DNA of 64,000 bases from Chloroflexi bacterium bin125. GTDB lineage: Bacteria > Chloroflexota > Dehalococcoidia > Bin125. The translations under genes and the position numbers were made by a program. Of this stretch, positions 45,564 through 54,816 are shown piece by piece. The notes beneath the pieces are model-generated. The model made no database searches, had not been told where the DNA came from, and was given only the letters and a program-made list of their open reading frames with translations. The stretch is from positions 2,575 through 66,574 of the forward strand of contig MPNM01000013.1 in assembly GCA_002239025.1 (NCBI GenBank). Direction: 5' to 3'. How positions within the stretch are numbered: the stretch's first letter is position 1; every line of letters starts with the position of its first letter.

Positions 45564-46745
45564 TTAGCGGTACGGCAGTGCGTACTGGATGCCACCGGTG
45601 CCTGGCGGACAGTTGCTCTTGTCCTCAGACGCCAGGGCGTTCAGCGAGCAGGCTCGCGGAACCGCGTCACCAACGTTGTTCTCGTAGATCTCGCCGTAGT
45701 TGCCGACAGCGATGAGCGCGCGCTGGATGAACTGCGCACCAACCGAGTCGAAGCCCAGAGTCGAGACCTCGCCGCCCTCGAAGGGGACGCCCAACAGACG
45801 CGCGACGGCGGTGTTCGGCGGGTTCGAGGCCATGGCGGCCACGTTGGCCTTGTTGATGCCCATTTCCTCAGCAGCGATCAGGCCATGCACGACCCAGTTC
45901 ACAACATCCTTGAACTCGGAGTCGTAGTCGCGGACGCCAGGAGCCAATGGCTCCTTGGAGATCAGCTCACCAAGAATGACGAAGTCGCTGGCGTTCTCAA
46001 GGACGCCGATGCGGGATGCGAGGTTGGACTGGTCAGCAGTCCACACGTCACAGCGACCGGCGAGGAACGCGTCCTGCGTTTCCTGGTCGGAACCGCCCAG
46101 CGGCGTGTAGCTGAGGCCGAGGTCGGTGAAGTGGTCGGCCAGGTTCTGCTCGGTCGTCGTACCGGACTGGACACAGATGGTCGAGCCGCCCATGTCGGCA
46201 GTCGAGTTGATGCCCGCGCCGGCGTGCACCGCGAAGCCCTGACCGGTGTAGAACGTGGTCTGAGCAAAGTCGACACCGAGTTCACGGTCGCGCGACGCGG
46301 TAATGGTGGTCGTGCGGATCAGGACGTCGATGTTCCCGTTGGCCAGCAACTCGAAACGTGTCGAAGCGTCGGACGCGTCGATCAGCTCAAGGTCAACTTC
46401 GAGAGCCTCAGCAATGGCCTTACAGAAGTCGACATCAAAGCCAACCACGGAGCCATCTGGCTCGCGGAAGCCGAACAGTGGCTGCGTCTGCTTGACGCCG
46501 CACTTGAGAATCCCACGGTCCTTGACTAGCTGCACTGTGTTGCCGCGAGGATCGCCGGAAACCTGGGCCTGCGGTTGATCTTGTTGCTGCTGCTGCTGCA
46601 TCGCCTGCTGTTGCTCGACCGCCTGTGCCTGCTGCTGATCTTCGTCAGACGTACAGGCGCCGATCACAGCGCCGGCGATCAGTGCTGCTCCTGCAAAAAG
46701 CAGTGCACTGACAAGTCGGCGCCCCTTCAAACTTGGCCATCTCAT
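45564..46745 (-). CDS. Amino-acid ABC transporter substrate-binding lipoprotein (AapJ-like) with a poly-Gln linker
   Basis: Signal plus lipobox VIGAC, then QQQAQAVEQQQAMQQQQQQDQPQAQ, then a type-3 SBP fold (GILKCGVKQTQPLFGF...). Confidence 0.88.
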   Translation of the reverse strand: MRWPSLKGRRLVSALLFAGAALIAGAVIGACTSDEDQQQAQAVEQQQAMQQQQQQDQPQAQVSGDPRGNTVQLVKDRGILKCGVKQTQPLFGFREPDGSVVGFDVDFCKAIAEALEVDLELIDASDASTRFELLANGNIDVLIRTTTITASRDRELGVDFAQTTFYTGQGFAVHAGAGINSTADMGGSTICVQSGTTTEQNLADHFTDLGLSYTPLGGSDQETQDAFLAGRCDVWTADQSNLASRIGVLENASDFVILGELISKEPLAPGVRDYDSEFKDVVNWVVHGLIAAEEMGINKANVAAMASNPPNTAVARLLGVPFEGGEVSTLGFDSVGAQFIQRALIAVGNYGEIYENNVGDAVPRACSLNALASEDKSNCPPGTGGIQYALPYR

Positions 46746-46859
46746 GGTTCCAGGTCCTTTCAGCGTCCACTCTCTATGCGAGCTAGACCAATCCGCTCAT
46801 CGCGGAGTATACACAGACTGCGGAGACTATCGACGTTTTCTATCAAGAACGACCTGCAT

Positions 46860-48080
46860 CTACCGCTTCGAGTCAGGCACGTCGAAGTTGAACAGACGGG
46901 CCGCATTCAGACCAAGGATCTTGGCCCGTTCCACGTCTGTCAGGTCGCCCATTGTCCGCTCGATCGCGGCGGCGGAATGCGGCCAGGAGCCCTCGTGATG
47001 CGGGTAATCGTTGGCCCAGAGCAGATTGTCGATCAAGTCGTACTTCTTGGCCAGGTCGATGCCCGGTGCGTCGTCCTGGAATGAGCCGAAGCAATGCGAT
47101 CGGTAGTAATCCGAGGGCAGCCCTTCGAGCTTGGGGAAGGCCCACATGTGGTGCTTGTGGTAGGCCTCGTCCATCGCGGTCAGCGCCCAGGGAATCCAAC
47201 CGATGCCGGCTTCGATCGTGCCTGCGCGCAGATCAGGGAAGCGCTGGAACACGCCCGACGCGCACATGTTGATGATCGGTTCCATCGTCATGGCCAGCGA
47301 GTGGAAGACATAGTTGGTGACCGCGCCGCCATTGCCTCGCGCGCCGCGAGGATCGCGCCCGGTCGAGACATGGAACGTGATCGGCAGGCCGGTCTCCTCG
47401 ACGGCCGCCCAGAGCGGGTCGAACTCGGGCAGGTTGTAGTTGCGAGAGTCTTCACCAGTCGGTCCCCAGACCGGCTTGGCCGGGAACGAGAAGCCGCGGA
47501 AACCGCGCTCGGCCGAACGCTGGATTTCAGCAATCGCGCCGGGGATATCGCCCGTCGCGACACAGGCCAACGGCGAAGACCGGTCATAGGTGTCGCCGAA
47601 GGTCTCCCAGGCCCAGTCATTCCAGGCGCTGCACATGGCGTTGGCAAAGACCGGGTCGTCGGTCGCCCACATCGAGAGTCCCTTGTTGGGGAAGATGATC
47701 TCGGCGTCAACGCCGTCACGGTCCATGTCGCGGAAGCGCTCCTCAGGGAAGGCGTTGCCGTGCTTGTCGCGGACCAGGTCCTCGCCGGCCAGCTTCAAGT
47801 CGCGAATCTTGGTCGGGCGGTGACCCTCGGTCACCTGCCAGCGGACGCCGTCCTCGTCAACCTCAATGCGAGGCAGCCGATGTCGGTACCTCTCGTCGAT
47901 TCGGCGCTCCCAGAGGTCAACCGGCTCATGCACGTGGCAGTCGGCCGAGACCATGAAGTACTTCTTCGGGTCTTCCGGTCGCGCCGTGCGGGTCCAGCCC
48001 TCGGTGCCTGGGGTCAGGGTGCGATGCTCGGGGATCTCATATCCAACCGGATCGGCTGCGGGACGTTCAGCGGTAACCAT
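46860..48080 (-). CDS. Amidohydrolase-2 (ACMSD-like metal-dependent hydrolase/decarboxylase) family protein
   Basis: Contains VSADCHVHEP (HxH) and ...WANDYPHHEG. ATG at 48080 with GGAAGGA upstream. Confidence 0.8.
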   Translation of the reverse strand: MVTAERPAADPVGYEIPEHRTLTPGTEGWTRTARPEDPKKYFMVSADCHVHEPVDLWERRIDERYRHRLPRIEVDEDGVRWQVTEGHRPTKIRDLKLAGEDLVRDKHGNAFPEERFRDMDRDGVDAEIIFPNKGLSMWATDDPVFANAMCSAWNDWAWETFGDTYDRSSPLACVATGDIPGAIAEIQRSAERGFRGFSFPAKPVWGPTGEDSRNYNLPEFDPLWAAVEETGLPITFHVSTGRDPRGARGNGGAVTNYVFHSLAMTMEPIINMCASGVFQRFPDLRAGTIEAGIGWIPWALTAMDEAYHKHHMWAFPKLEGLPSDYYRSHCFGSFQDDAPGIDLAKKYDLIDNLLWANDYPHHEGSWPHSAAAIERTMGDLTDVERAKILGLNAARLFNFDVPDSKR

Positions 48081-48224
48081 GCAAATTCCTTCCAAACCCG
48101 ACGAAGCAGGCCATCACTCGATAGTTAGAGAGAGTCTAGCGGAGACAGTGTTGGTCGAGGGCAATCCAGATCCGATTTGCTCCCCCCAGAGACTGCGAAG
48201 GGCTGCGAGTTCTCTAACAATCGG

Positions 48225-48545
48225 CTACAACTGCGACGGATCCAACCGCGAGTGCGGGCCTGGATGGTCGTAGTCCAGCGAGATCGTCTCGATCAGCCCG
48301 CTTTCGGGCAGTGGCAGGTCGATGTACTCCGGATCGAGCCCCTCCGACGGCCAGAAGCGCAACCGTACTCCGACCGCGTCATCGGGCGGTTCGTGTGAGG
48401 TATCAGCGGCTCCGCGACCGGAGTGGAACCAGTCGCCCTCGGATTCTCCGTCGCCCACCAGCCAGGAACCGAACCAGGGCATCGGTTCGCCGAAGTCCGA
48501 TGTCTGTTCGTGCCAGACGATGCGTAGTGTTGTGATCGTCGTCAT
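48225..48545 (-). CDS. Hypothetical protein (106 aa)
   Basis: Its ATG lies 3 nt after the crotonase stop on the same strand. No recognisable motifs. Confidence 0.4.
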   Translation of the reverse strand: MTTITTLRIVWHEQTSDFGEPMPWFGSWLVGDGESEGDWFHSGRGAADTSHEPPDDAVGVRLRFWPSEGLDPEYIDLPLPESGLIETISLDYDHPGPHSRLDPSQL

Positions 48546-48548
48546 GGC

Positions 48549-49421
48549 CTAGGTATCCGTGAACTTTGGGCGGCGCTTCTCAGAGAATGCCTTTGGACCT
48601 TCGATCGAGTCGTTCATGCCCTGCAGATTCTGCTCGATCGCTGAGCCGAACTGCTGGGCCATAATCGGCTCCATGTAGTAGCCGCGATACAGCGCTTGCT
48701 TAATGTTTCGCACTTCGCGAGGCGCCAGGTACAACATGCGACGGGCGTACTGCAGCGCGGTTTCTAGCAGCATCTCGCGTGGCACGACGCGTTGCACCCA
48801 ACCAAGCTGATAGCAACGCTCGGCGTCGTACTGGGTGTCGCCCCAGAGGGTCAATTCCATCGCCGAGCCCAGACCGATCTGCCTTGTCAGCGGAGCCATC
48901 CAGCCGGCCCCGCCCATGTTCCAGCGGGTCTCGGCGATCCCGATTTTGGCCTCTTCCGACATGATCCGGATATCGCACTGCATCGCGTACATGAACCCGC
49001 CCGCGACGGCCCAGCCATTGATCGCAGCGATCGTCGGCTTCCACAATCCCAGCGTTTCGGACAGCGGCACCGGATTCTTGCGCCGACTGATGATCGGTGC
49101 ATTTCCCGTCCCACCATCGCGTTCGGCTTCGCGGGTCTCAGCAGTGTTGATCAGGTCGGCGCCGGCGCAGAATGCGCGCCCGGCGCCGGTCAGCACGGCG
49201 CAGCGTGCGTTCGGGTCGTCGCGATACTCGACAAAGGCGTCGTACAGAGCGTCGCTTAGTCCGTCGCCGATCGAGTTCAGGCGGTGCGGCCGGTTCAGCG
49301 TGATCAGGTAGATTCCGCCGTCCTCAAGCTTGTCCACCTTGACCACGGGACCAAAGATCTCCTGGGGCGTCGAGCGGTTGTGGACTGCCGGGTCATACGT
49401 TTCATACTGTTGCTCAGCCAT
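48549..49421 (-). CDS. Enoyl-CoA hydratase/isomerase family protein
   Basis: LNRPHRLNSI, GAGRAFCAGADL, AINGWAVAGGFMYAM. Confidence 0.86.
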   Translation of the reverse strand: MAEQQYETYDPAVHNRSTPQEIFGPVVKVDKLEDGGIYLITLNRPHRLNSIGDGLSDALYDAFVEYRDDPNARCAVLTGAGRAFCAGADLINTAETREAERDGGTGNAPIISRRKNPVPLSETLGLWKPTIAAINGWAVAGGFMYAMQCDIRIMSEEAKIGIAETRWNMGGAGWMAPLTRQIGLGSAMELTLWGDTQYDAERCYQLGWVQRVVPREMLLETALQYARRMLYLAPREVRNIKQALYRGYYMEPIMAQQFGSAIEQNLQGMNDSIEGPKAFSEKRRPKFTDT

Positions 49422-49536
49422 CGTTCCGTCCTCGCGAGGTTGTCGAATTCTGTGTTCGCCTGTGCGGTAACTCTCAGCAGTCGCACGATAATCTACCGCT
49501 CAGATCACGATTGCAGCGCAGGAACGGGGCGCAACG

Positions 49537-50157
49537 ATGACGCCAGACAATCTGGGACAGGGACAGTCACCGATCGATATCAGCGATTGGGTGCAATCGG
49601 ATGCAACGGCGCCGGCCCTCACATACGCCAGCGAGGCGATGCGCGTTGAGCGCTCCCAGGGGTTCGTCATGATTCATTTCTCTCGTGGTAGCGAGTTGCA
49701 TGTCGGCGACGAGTCGTACCGCCTGCTGCAACTGCACTGGCACACACCAGCCGAACACACCGTCGATGGCGAGGAGTTCGAGGCGGAAGTGCATTTCATC
49801 CACGCCAACGAGAACGATGAGTTGCTCGTGGTAGGTGTGATGTACCGCCTCGGCGACCCGGATGAAGGCCTGCGACAGATCATCGTGGAATCGCCGCCAG
49901 AGGGTGAGGAAGCAGGCGTCGTGCCAGCGTTGTTATCCGCCGAGTTAGCGCCTCGCTCCGATGCGTTCTATCACTACGTGGGTTCCCTGACCGCCGCGCC
50001 GTTCAGCGAGCCGGTGCAGTGGTACCTGGTCCAATCGCCCGGGACTGTTTCGCAGCGTCAGGTCGAGCAACTACAGGAGCTCACGGGGGGTCCCAACGCG
50101 CGTCCGCTTCAGGATCGAAATGGGCGCACGATCGTCTGTGTCGGTTGCGGCAGCTGA
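49537..50157 (+). CDS. Alpha-class carbonic anhydrase, short form with no signal peptide
   Basis: QSPIDI..., LQLHWHTPAEHTVDG (HxH), EVHFIH (third His), GSLTAAPFSEPVQW. An in-frame TAA at 49489-49491 rules out a longer N-terminus. Confidence 0.85.
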   Translation: MTPDNLGQGQSPIDISDWVQSDATAPALTYASEAMRVERSQGFVMIHFSRGSELHVGDESYRLLQLHWHTPAEHTVDGEEFEAEVHFIHANENDELLVVGVMYRLGDPDEGLRQIIVESPPEGEEAGVVPALLSAELAPRSDAFYHYVGSLTAAPFSEPVQWYLVQSPGTVSQRQVEQLQELTGGPNARPLQDRNGRTIVCVGCGS

Positions 50158-50192
50158 ATGGATCGTTCCTTGGGACCCATCTCAGGCGATTT

Positions 50193-50297
50193 CCCAGTCC
50201 CCGCTTTACGCGGGGACCCGTTCCCTCCCCGCTTGATGTGACCTCAGCGGAGGGCGAACGGGAGACCGAGCGGGTCCCCGCGTAAAGCGGGGACTGG
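50193..50297. repeat. GTCCCCGC-loop-GCGGGGAC nested palindromic element, copy D
   Basis: CCCAGTCCCCGCTTTACGCGGGGACCCG (50193-50220) and its reverse complement at 50271-50297. An inner imperfect palindrome cgttccctccccgct...agcggagggcgaacg is also present. Confidence 0.85.
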
Positions 50298-50392
50298 ACT
50301 CGTTCGCGGCGTGAGCGCAGGCATCCAATGGGGACGACCGTCAGCCCCGTTACCATCGACCCATCTCGCAACACTCAGCACGGGCGATTCTC

Positions 50393-51925
50393 ATGCCACC
50401 TCAAATCAGTACTTCTCTAGGCAAACTCCAAGGCGCAGCAGACGACGGTTGCGTTGTGTTTCGCGGCGTTCCCTTTGCTCAGCCGCCGGTCGGCGAGCTG
50501 CGTTGGCGTCCGCCCGAGCCGATGCAGCCCTGGGACAGCGTCCGCGATGCGACTCAGTTCTCAGCCTCTGCGATGCAGCGGCAGCTTCCGGGAGGCATTG
50601 GCGACCTGATCGGGATTCCCGCCCAAACCCAATCCGAGGACTGTCTCTACCTCAACGTCTGGACACCTGCCTGCGACGACCGCAAGCGTCCGGTGATGGT
50701 CTGGATCCACGGCGGCGGCAACACCGTTGGTTCGGGCACGCAGCCGCGGATCGACGGCAAACATCTGGCGATGACCGGCGACGTGGTCGTGGTCACGCTC
50801 AACTACCGACTCGGCGTGTTCGGCTGGATGCATGCGCCGATTCTGGGCGCCTACGGCAATGAGGGGTTGCTCGACCAAACAGCGGCACTGTTCTGGGTTC
50901 GTCGCGAGATCGAAGCCTTCGGCGGCGACCCGGGCAACGTCACTGTCTTCGGACAATCGGCCGGCGGATTCGATATCGCCCACCTGATGGCCATGCCGGC
51001 TGCGACCGGAGCATTTGACAAAGCGATTCCGATGAGCGGTTCGCTGATTCCCACGATCACCAAGGTCGAGGCGCGCGCCGTCGCGGAGAAGTTCCTGCTT
51101 CGGTTTGGCGGCTGGGACGATCCGGAGCGGATGCGCCGAGTCGACGCTGGCGACATTCTCGACTACCAGGTGGAGCTGACTGGCGGCGGATTCGGTGGCG
51201 TGCGTTTCGGCCCGGTCGCCGACGGATACTCGCTGGGTCTCGACGCCGAGGCACGCATAGGCGCGGGCATCCAGACCAAGGGCATGCCGCTCTTGATCGG
51301 CCATACGAAGGACGAGTTCAATCTCTTCAATCCTTCAAGCACTGGCACAGTGGTGATGTCGGACAACGACTTGCTCGCTGCTGCGACTGCTCCGTTCGGT
51401 GGCATGCGCGCCGCTGAGGGCGTTGACCGCTATCAGCGGTCGCGGGACGCTCGCGGCGAGCCGACGGACAATACATCGGTCTGGAACGCGATCATGACCG
51501 ACTCGATGTTCCGCATCCCTGCCGTGAAGACTGCTGAGGCACATGGCCGCCACACTGAGAGCGTCTGGAGCTATCGCTTCGACTACCCGTCTCCGGCGTA
51601 CGAAGGCAAGCTGGGCAGTTGCCACTCACTCGATATCCCCTTCATCTGGGGCACATACGAGGCTGAGAACATGAAGCAGTTCTGCGGCGACGCATCGCCG
51701 GAACTGGAGTCGCTTTCCAAGACGATGATGCAGACGTATCTCGCGTTCGCCAAGACTGGCAATCCGAGCAATGAGCATCTGCCTGAATGGCCGACGTACA
51801 ACACCGAAGAACGCCCAGTGATGACCCTCAATCACGACTGTGAGATCGTCAACGCTCCCGGCGACGAAGAGCGAGACTTCTGGGCATCGCTGGCACCGCG
51901 AGAGCTGTCAAGAGTCGGCGGCTAG
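50393..51925 (+). CDS. Type-B carboxylesterase/lipase family protein
   Basis: 510 aa. EDCLYLNVW, VWIHGGG, FGQSAGG (the GxSxG nucleophile elbow). Confidence 0.9.
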   Translation: MPPQISTSLGKLQGAADDGCVVFRGVPFAQPPVGELRWRPPEPMQPWDSVRDATQFSASAMQRQLPGGIGDLIGIPAQTQSEDCLYLNVWTPACDDRKRPVMVWIHGGGNTVGSGTQPRIDGKHLAMTGDVVVVTLNYRLGVFGWMHAPILGAYGNEGLLDQTAALFWVRREIEAFGGDPGNVTVFGQSAGGFDIAHLMAMPAATGAFDKAIPMSGSLIPTITKVEARAVAEKFLLRFGGWDDPERMRRVDAGDILDYQVELTGGGFGGVRFGPVADGYSLGLDAEARIGAGIQTKGMPLLIGHTKDEFNLFNPSSTGTVVMSDNDLLAAATAPFGGMRAAEGVDRYQRSRDARGEPTDNTSVWNAIMTDSMFRIPAVKTAEAHGRHTESVWSYRFDYPSPAYEGKLGSCHSLDIPFIWGTYEAENMKQFCGDASPELESLSKTMMQTYLAFAKTGNPSNEHLPEWPTYNTEERPVMTLNHDCEIVNAPGDEERDFWASLAPRELSRVGG

Positions 51926-52329
51926 ACAGAAACGACCTCTATGCCCGCGGAGCGAGCAGCCCTCTCCAAGTCATGATCGAGGGTTGCCAGCGGGAGTTCT
52001 CGCCGCAACGCAAGCTCCAGATAGAGAGCGTCGTAGAAGGTCAGGTTGTGCTCGAAGGCCAGTGTGAAAGTGGTGTCGAAATCGCACCCGTCATCGCTTT
52101 GAATCGATAAGTCATTGAGCGTGTGAAGATGCAGATGGGCTTCTCCGGCGTGCAGTCGGCCTCTTCGCTCGGCAAAGAGCAGCGCGTTTGCAACTTCGAA
52201 CCGCCAGTGCTGAGGCACAACCGCCCCATCGCGCTTCACCCGTGCCAACGCTGCGAACGAGTGTGGATCCTGTTCGTCATCTAGCAGCCAACTGGTAGCA
52301 ACAGACGCGTCCAGAACGATTCGGCTCAC
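51922..52329 (-). CDS. vapC: PIN-domain toxin VapC
   Basis: IVLDASVATSWLL..., FYDALYLELA..., LATLDHDL. GTGA overlap with the antitoxin stop. Confidence 0.82.
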   Translation of the reverse strand: MSRIVLDASVATSWLLDDEQDPHSFAALARVKRDGAVVPQHWRFEVANALLFAERRGRLHAGEAHLHLHTLNDLSIQSDDGCDFDTTFTLAFEHNLTFYDALYLELALRRELPLATLDHDLERAARSAGIEVVSV

Positions 52330-52616
52330 CTGCGATGACCCTCGTGGCGCCAGGCCAGAATCTCCTCGCGGGTTACACCCGTGGGTCTGCCTTCTCGCAG
52401 GGCGGCAATCTCTTCCAGAAAGCGCTGTGCTTCTTCGGTACCCTCAATCAGAGCGCATTGCTCCTCTGATGGCGGCGAGAATCCGGCGATCACACGGCCG
52501 CCTCTGGTGATCAGAACAGTCTCGCCCCGCTCCACCTGCTCAACGATCTGCTCAAACATTTTGTGAGCCACGTTCAATGGCAAGACCCGCACCGCATCCC
52601 GCTCCTCAGCAACCAT
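52326..52616 (-). CDS. Phd/YefM-type antitoxin
   Basis: VAHKMFEQIVEQVERGETVLITRGGRVIAGF is the canonical Phd/YefM N-terminal fold pattern. Confidence 0.7.
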   Translation of the reverse strand: MVAEERDAVRVLPLNVAHKMFEQIVEQVERGETVLITRGGRVIAGFSPPSEEQCALIEGTEEAQRFLEEIAALREGRPTGVTREEILAWRHEGHRR

Positions 52617-52757
52617 TACGACCTCCAAGTTCGGCCTAACCACAGCCTATCGTCATTGACTTGCGCCGGACCCAGCTATCTCCAGCGGTCGTGCCCGTTC
52701 TAACATGATTCCCATTGAACACAATCGACGGCGGAAGTCGTCGGAAAGGGCGCGACC

Positions 52758-53855
52758 ATGAAGATTGAAACAGGATTTGGCGGCGGCTGGCTGGGCGGCA
52801 TTGCTGATCAGGTGAAAGCGCTTGAGGCGCGTGGCTTCGACTCCATCGTCGTGCCCGAGACGAAGCACAACTCGCTCTTCCAGATGATGATCGCCGCGGA
52901 ACACACCGAGCGCGTCGAGATTTCCTCGTCCGTGACAATTGCTTTCCCGCGCACGCCGATGATTATGGCGCAGGCGGCCTGGGACATGCAGGAACTGTCC
53001 AAGGGTCGGATCAACCTCGGACTCGGCAGCCAGGTCAAGGGACACAATGTGCGCCGCTTCGGCGGTACCTGGTCGCCTCCGGCCAAGCGCATGGAGGACT
53101 ACATCAACATGATGCGCGCCGTCTGGCACTCCTGGCAGACTGGCGAGCGCCCTGAGTTCATCTCCGATAACTACACCTACACGCTGATGACGCCGATGTT
53201 CGACCCGGGACCGATTGAGTACGACCCGCCGAAGATCTCGTTGGCCAACGTCGGACCGCTGATGGCACAGGTCGCCGGAGCTTGCGCCGACGGTCTGCGT
53301 CCGCATGGGTTCATGACTCACAAGGTGATGATGGACACCGTCATTCCCAACGTGAAGAAGGGCGCCGAGCGCGCCGGCCGCAACTTCGAAGACATCGACC
53401 TCGGCGTTGGCGGTTTCATGGCCTTCGGTGAGAACGAGTCCGAGGTCGAGCAGTCGATCGACGGCCTGCGCCGTGCAATCTCGTTCTACGGTTCGACCCG
53501 CTCCTACCACCACGTGTTCCGTGCTCACGGCATGGAATCGCTCGGCATGCAGTTGCATGAACTCTCGCTCAAGGGCGAGTGGGACAAGATGGCTGACGCG
53601 GTCAACTTCGAGGTCGCAGCCGAAATGGCGCACGCGACCACGTGGGACGACCTGCCCAAGTACGTGCGCACCAACCTGAGCTACGCCAGCCGGATCGGTT
53701 TGGGTCAGTACGTTCGACAGCAGAACGAGGGCCGCAGCAGCTTCGGCTACCCGGGCTCCCGAGACGGCCAGAAGTCGGCATCGCTGAGTGAGGAACGCCT
53801 GACCTGGCTGATGGATGAACTCCGGCCGCTCGGTGCGACTCCGGTCGTGGACTAG
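52758..53855 (+). CDS. LLM-class F420-dependent oxidoreductase
   Basis: 365 aa. ALEARGFDSIVVPETKHN..., INLGLGSQVKGHNVRRFG. Confidence 0.82.
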   Translation: MKIETGFGGGWLGGIADQVKALEARGFDSIVVPETKHNSLFQMMIAAEHTERVEISSSVTIAFPRTPMIMAQAAWDMQELSKGRINLGLGSQVKGHNVRRFGGTWSPPAKRMEDYINMMRAVWHSWQTGERPEFISDNYTYTLMTPMFDPGPIEYDPPKISLANVGPLMAQVAGACADGLRPHGFMTHKVMMDTVIPNVKKGAERAGRNFEDIDLGVGGFMAFGENESEVEQSIDGLRRAISFYGSTRSYHHVFRAHGMESLGMQLHELSLKGEWDKMADAVNFEVAAEMAHATTWDDLPKYVRTNLSYASRIGLGQYVRQQNEGRSSFGYPGSRDGQKSASLSEERLTWLMDELRPLGATPVVD

Positions 53856-53870
53856 TCATCTCCCAAACTT

Positions 53871-53967
53871 CGTCATACCCGCGCTTGCCGCGGGTATTCC
53901 GCTGTTTCGAGCACAAACGTTGTTGCAGGACGCAGCGAGATTGCCGCGGCGGAGCGCGGCAATGACG
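53871..53967. repeat. Composite palindromic element: outer CGTCAT...ATGACG with two 9-bp-stem hairpins
   Basis: Hairpins atacccgcg-cttgc-cgcgggtat (53875-53897) and attgccgcg-gcggag-cgcggcaat (53940-53963). It lies just downstream of the LLM stop. Confidence 0.55.
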
Positions 53968-54009
53968 AACATAGAGCGATCACAGATGTTGAAGTCTGGA
54001 TAGGAGCCC

Positions 54010-54792
54010 ATGGCCGATCCCTACCAACAACTGATCGACGATCTCGTCGCCGAGCAACGGTATCTCGACGCCCAACTCGCCGACCTGCCCGACGAAGTCT
54101 GGCAAAACGACACGCCTTGCCGTGGCTGGATGGTTCGTGATGTGATCTCGCACCTGGCAGAGGTCGATGAGTCGGCGACCGCTGTGGCGACCGGCGCTGC
54201 GCAGACCATGTCGGGTGGTGAGCGCTCCGAAGATGGCACTCGCTCGGGGCTGCAGGACAGCTCGCGACATATGACGCGGACTCAGCTCGTCGATTGGTGG
54301 CGAGCCGCACGGGATCGGATGGAAGTTGCGCTTCGCGCCCATAATGGACGCGATCGTCTGCCCTGGGCCGGGCCGCCGATGAGCGCTCGATCGTTCGCGA
54401 CGGCGCGGTTGATGGAGTGCTGGTCGCACGGGCTGGACGCACTCGACGGCGCCGGAATCGAGCCGGTTCACTCGGACCGGTTGCAGCACATCGCGCATCT
54501 GGGCTTCATCACACGCGGATTCGCGTATCAGACACGTGGAATGGAGCCCAATCAGGAACCGCTCAAGGTTGAGCTGACCCTGCCCTCAGGAGCTTCCTGG
54601 TCCAGAGGGGACGACGACGCACCGCATGTCGTTTCCGGCACCGCCTCCGACTTTTGTCGGGTCGTAACACAGCGCATTCACTACATGGACACCGACCTCA
54701 GCTACACACCAGGACCCGCCGAGGAGTTCCTCCAGGTGGCGCAAGCGTTCGCCGGTCCGCCCGGCGAGGGTCGGCCGCAGCAGAGCGACTGA
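54010..54792 (+). CDS. DinB/maleylpyruvate-isomerase-N-terminal-like (TIGR03084-type) protein
   Basis: DTPCRGWMVRDVISHL... and an overall size of about 260 aa. This is a family-level call only. Confidence 0.6.
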   Translation: MADPYQQLIDDLVAEQRYLDAQLADLPDEVWQNDTPCRGWMVRDVISHLAEVDESATAVATGAAQTMSGGERSEDGTRSGLQDSSRHMTRTQLVDWWRAARDRMEVALRAHNGRDRLPWAGPPMSARSFATARLMECWSHGLDALDGAGIEPVHSDRLQHIAHLGFITRGFAYQTRGMEPNQEPLKVELTLPSGASWSRGDDDAPHVVSGTASDFCRVVTQRIHYMDTDLSYTPGPAEEFLQVAQAFAGPPGEGRPQQSD

Positions 54793-54816
54793 CGATCTCG
54801 CGTTACCCTGCCGCTC

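Noticed and set aside
45552-48128. Plus-strand ORFs of 325 aa (45552-46529) and 344 aa (47094-48128).
   Set aside because: They are antisense to the ABC binding-protein gene and the amidohydrolase gene respectively, and contain no recognisable motifs.
52653-53633. A 326-aa minus-strand ORF. The 339-aa ORF at 55992-57011 and the 494-aa ORF at 60069-61553 are similar cases.
   Set aside because: They are shadow or alternative-frame ORFs over the well-supported LLM, CoA-transferase and MFS genes. The products are Arg/Pro/Gly-rich.
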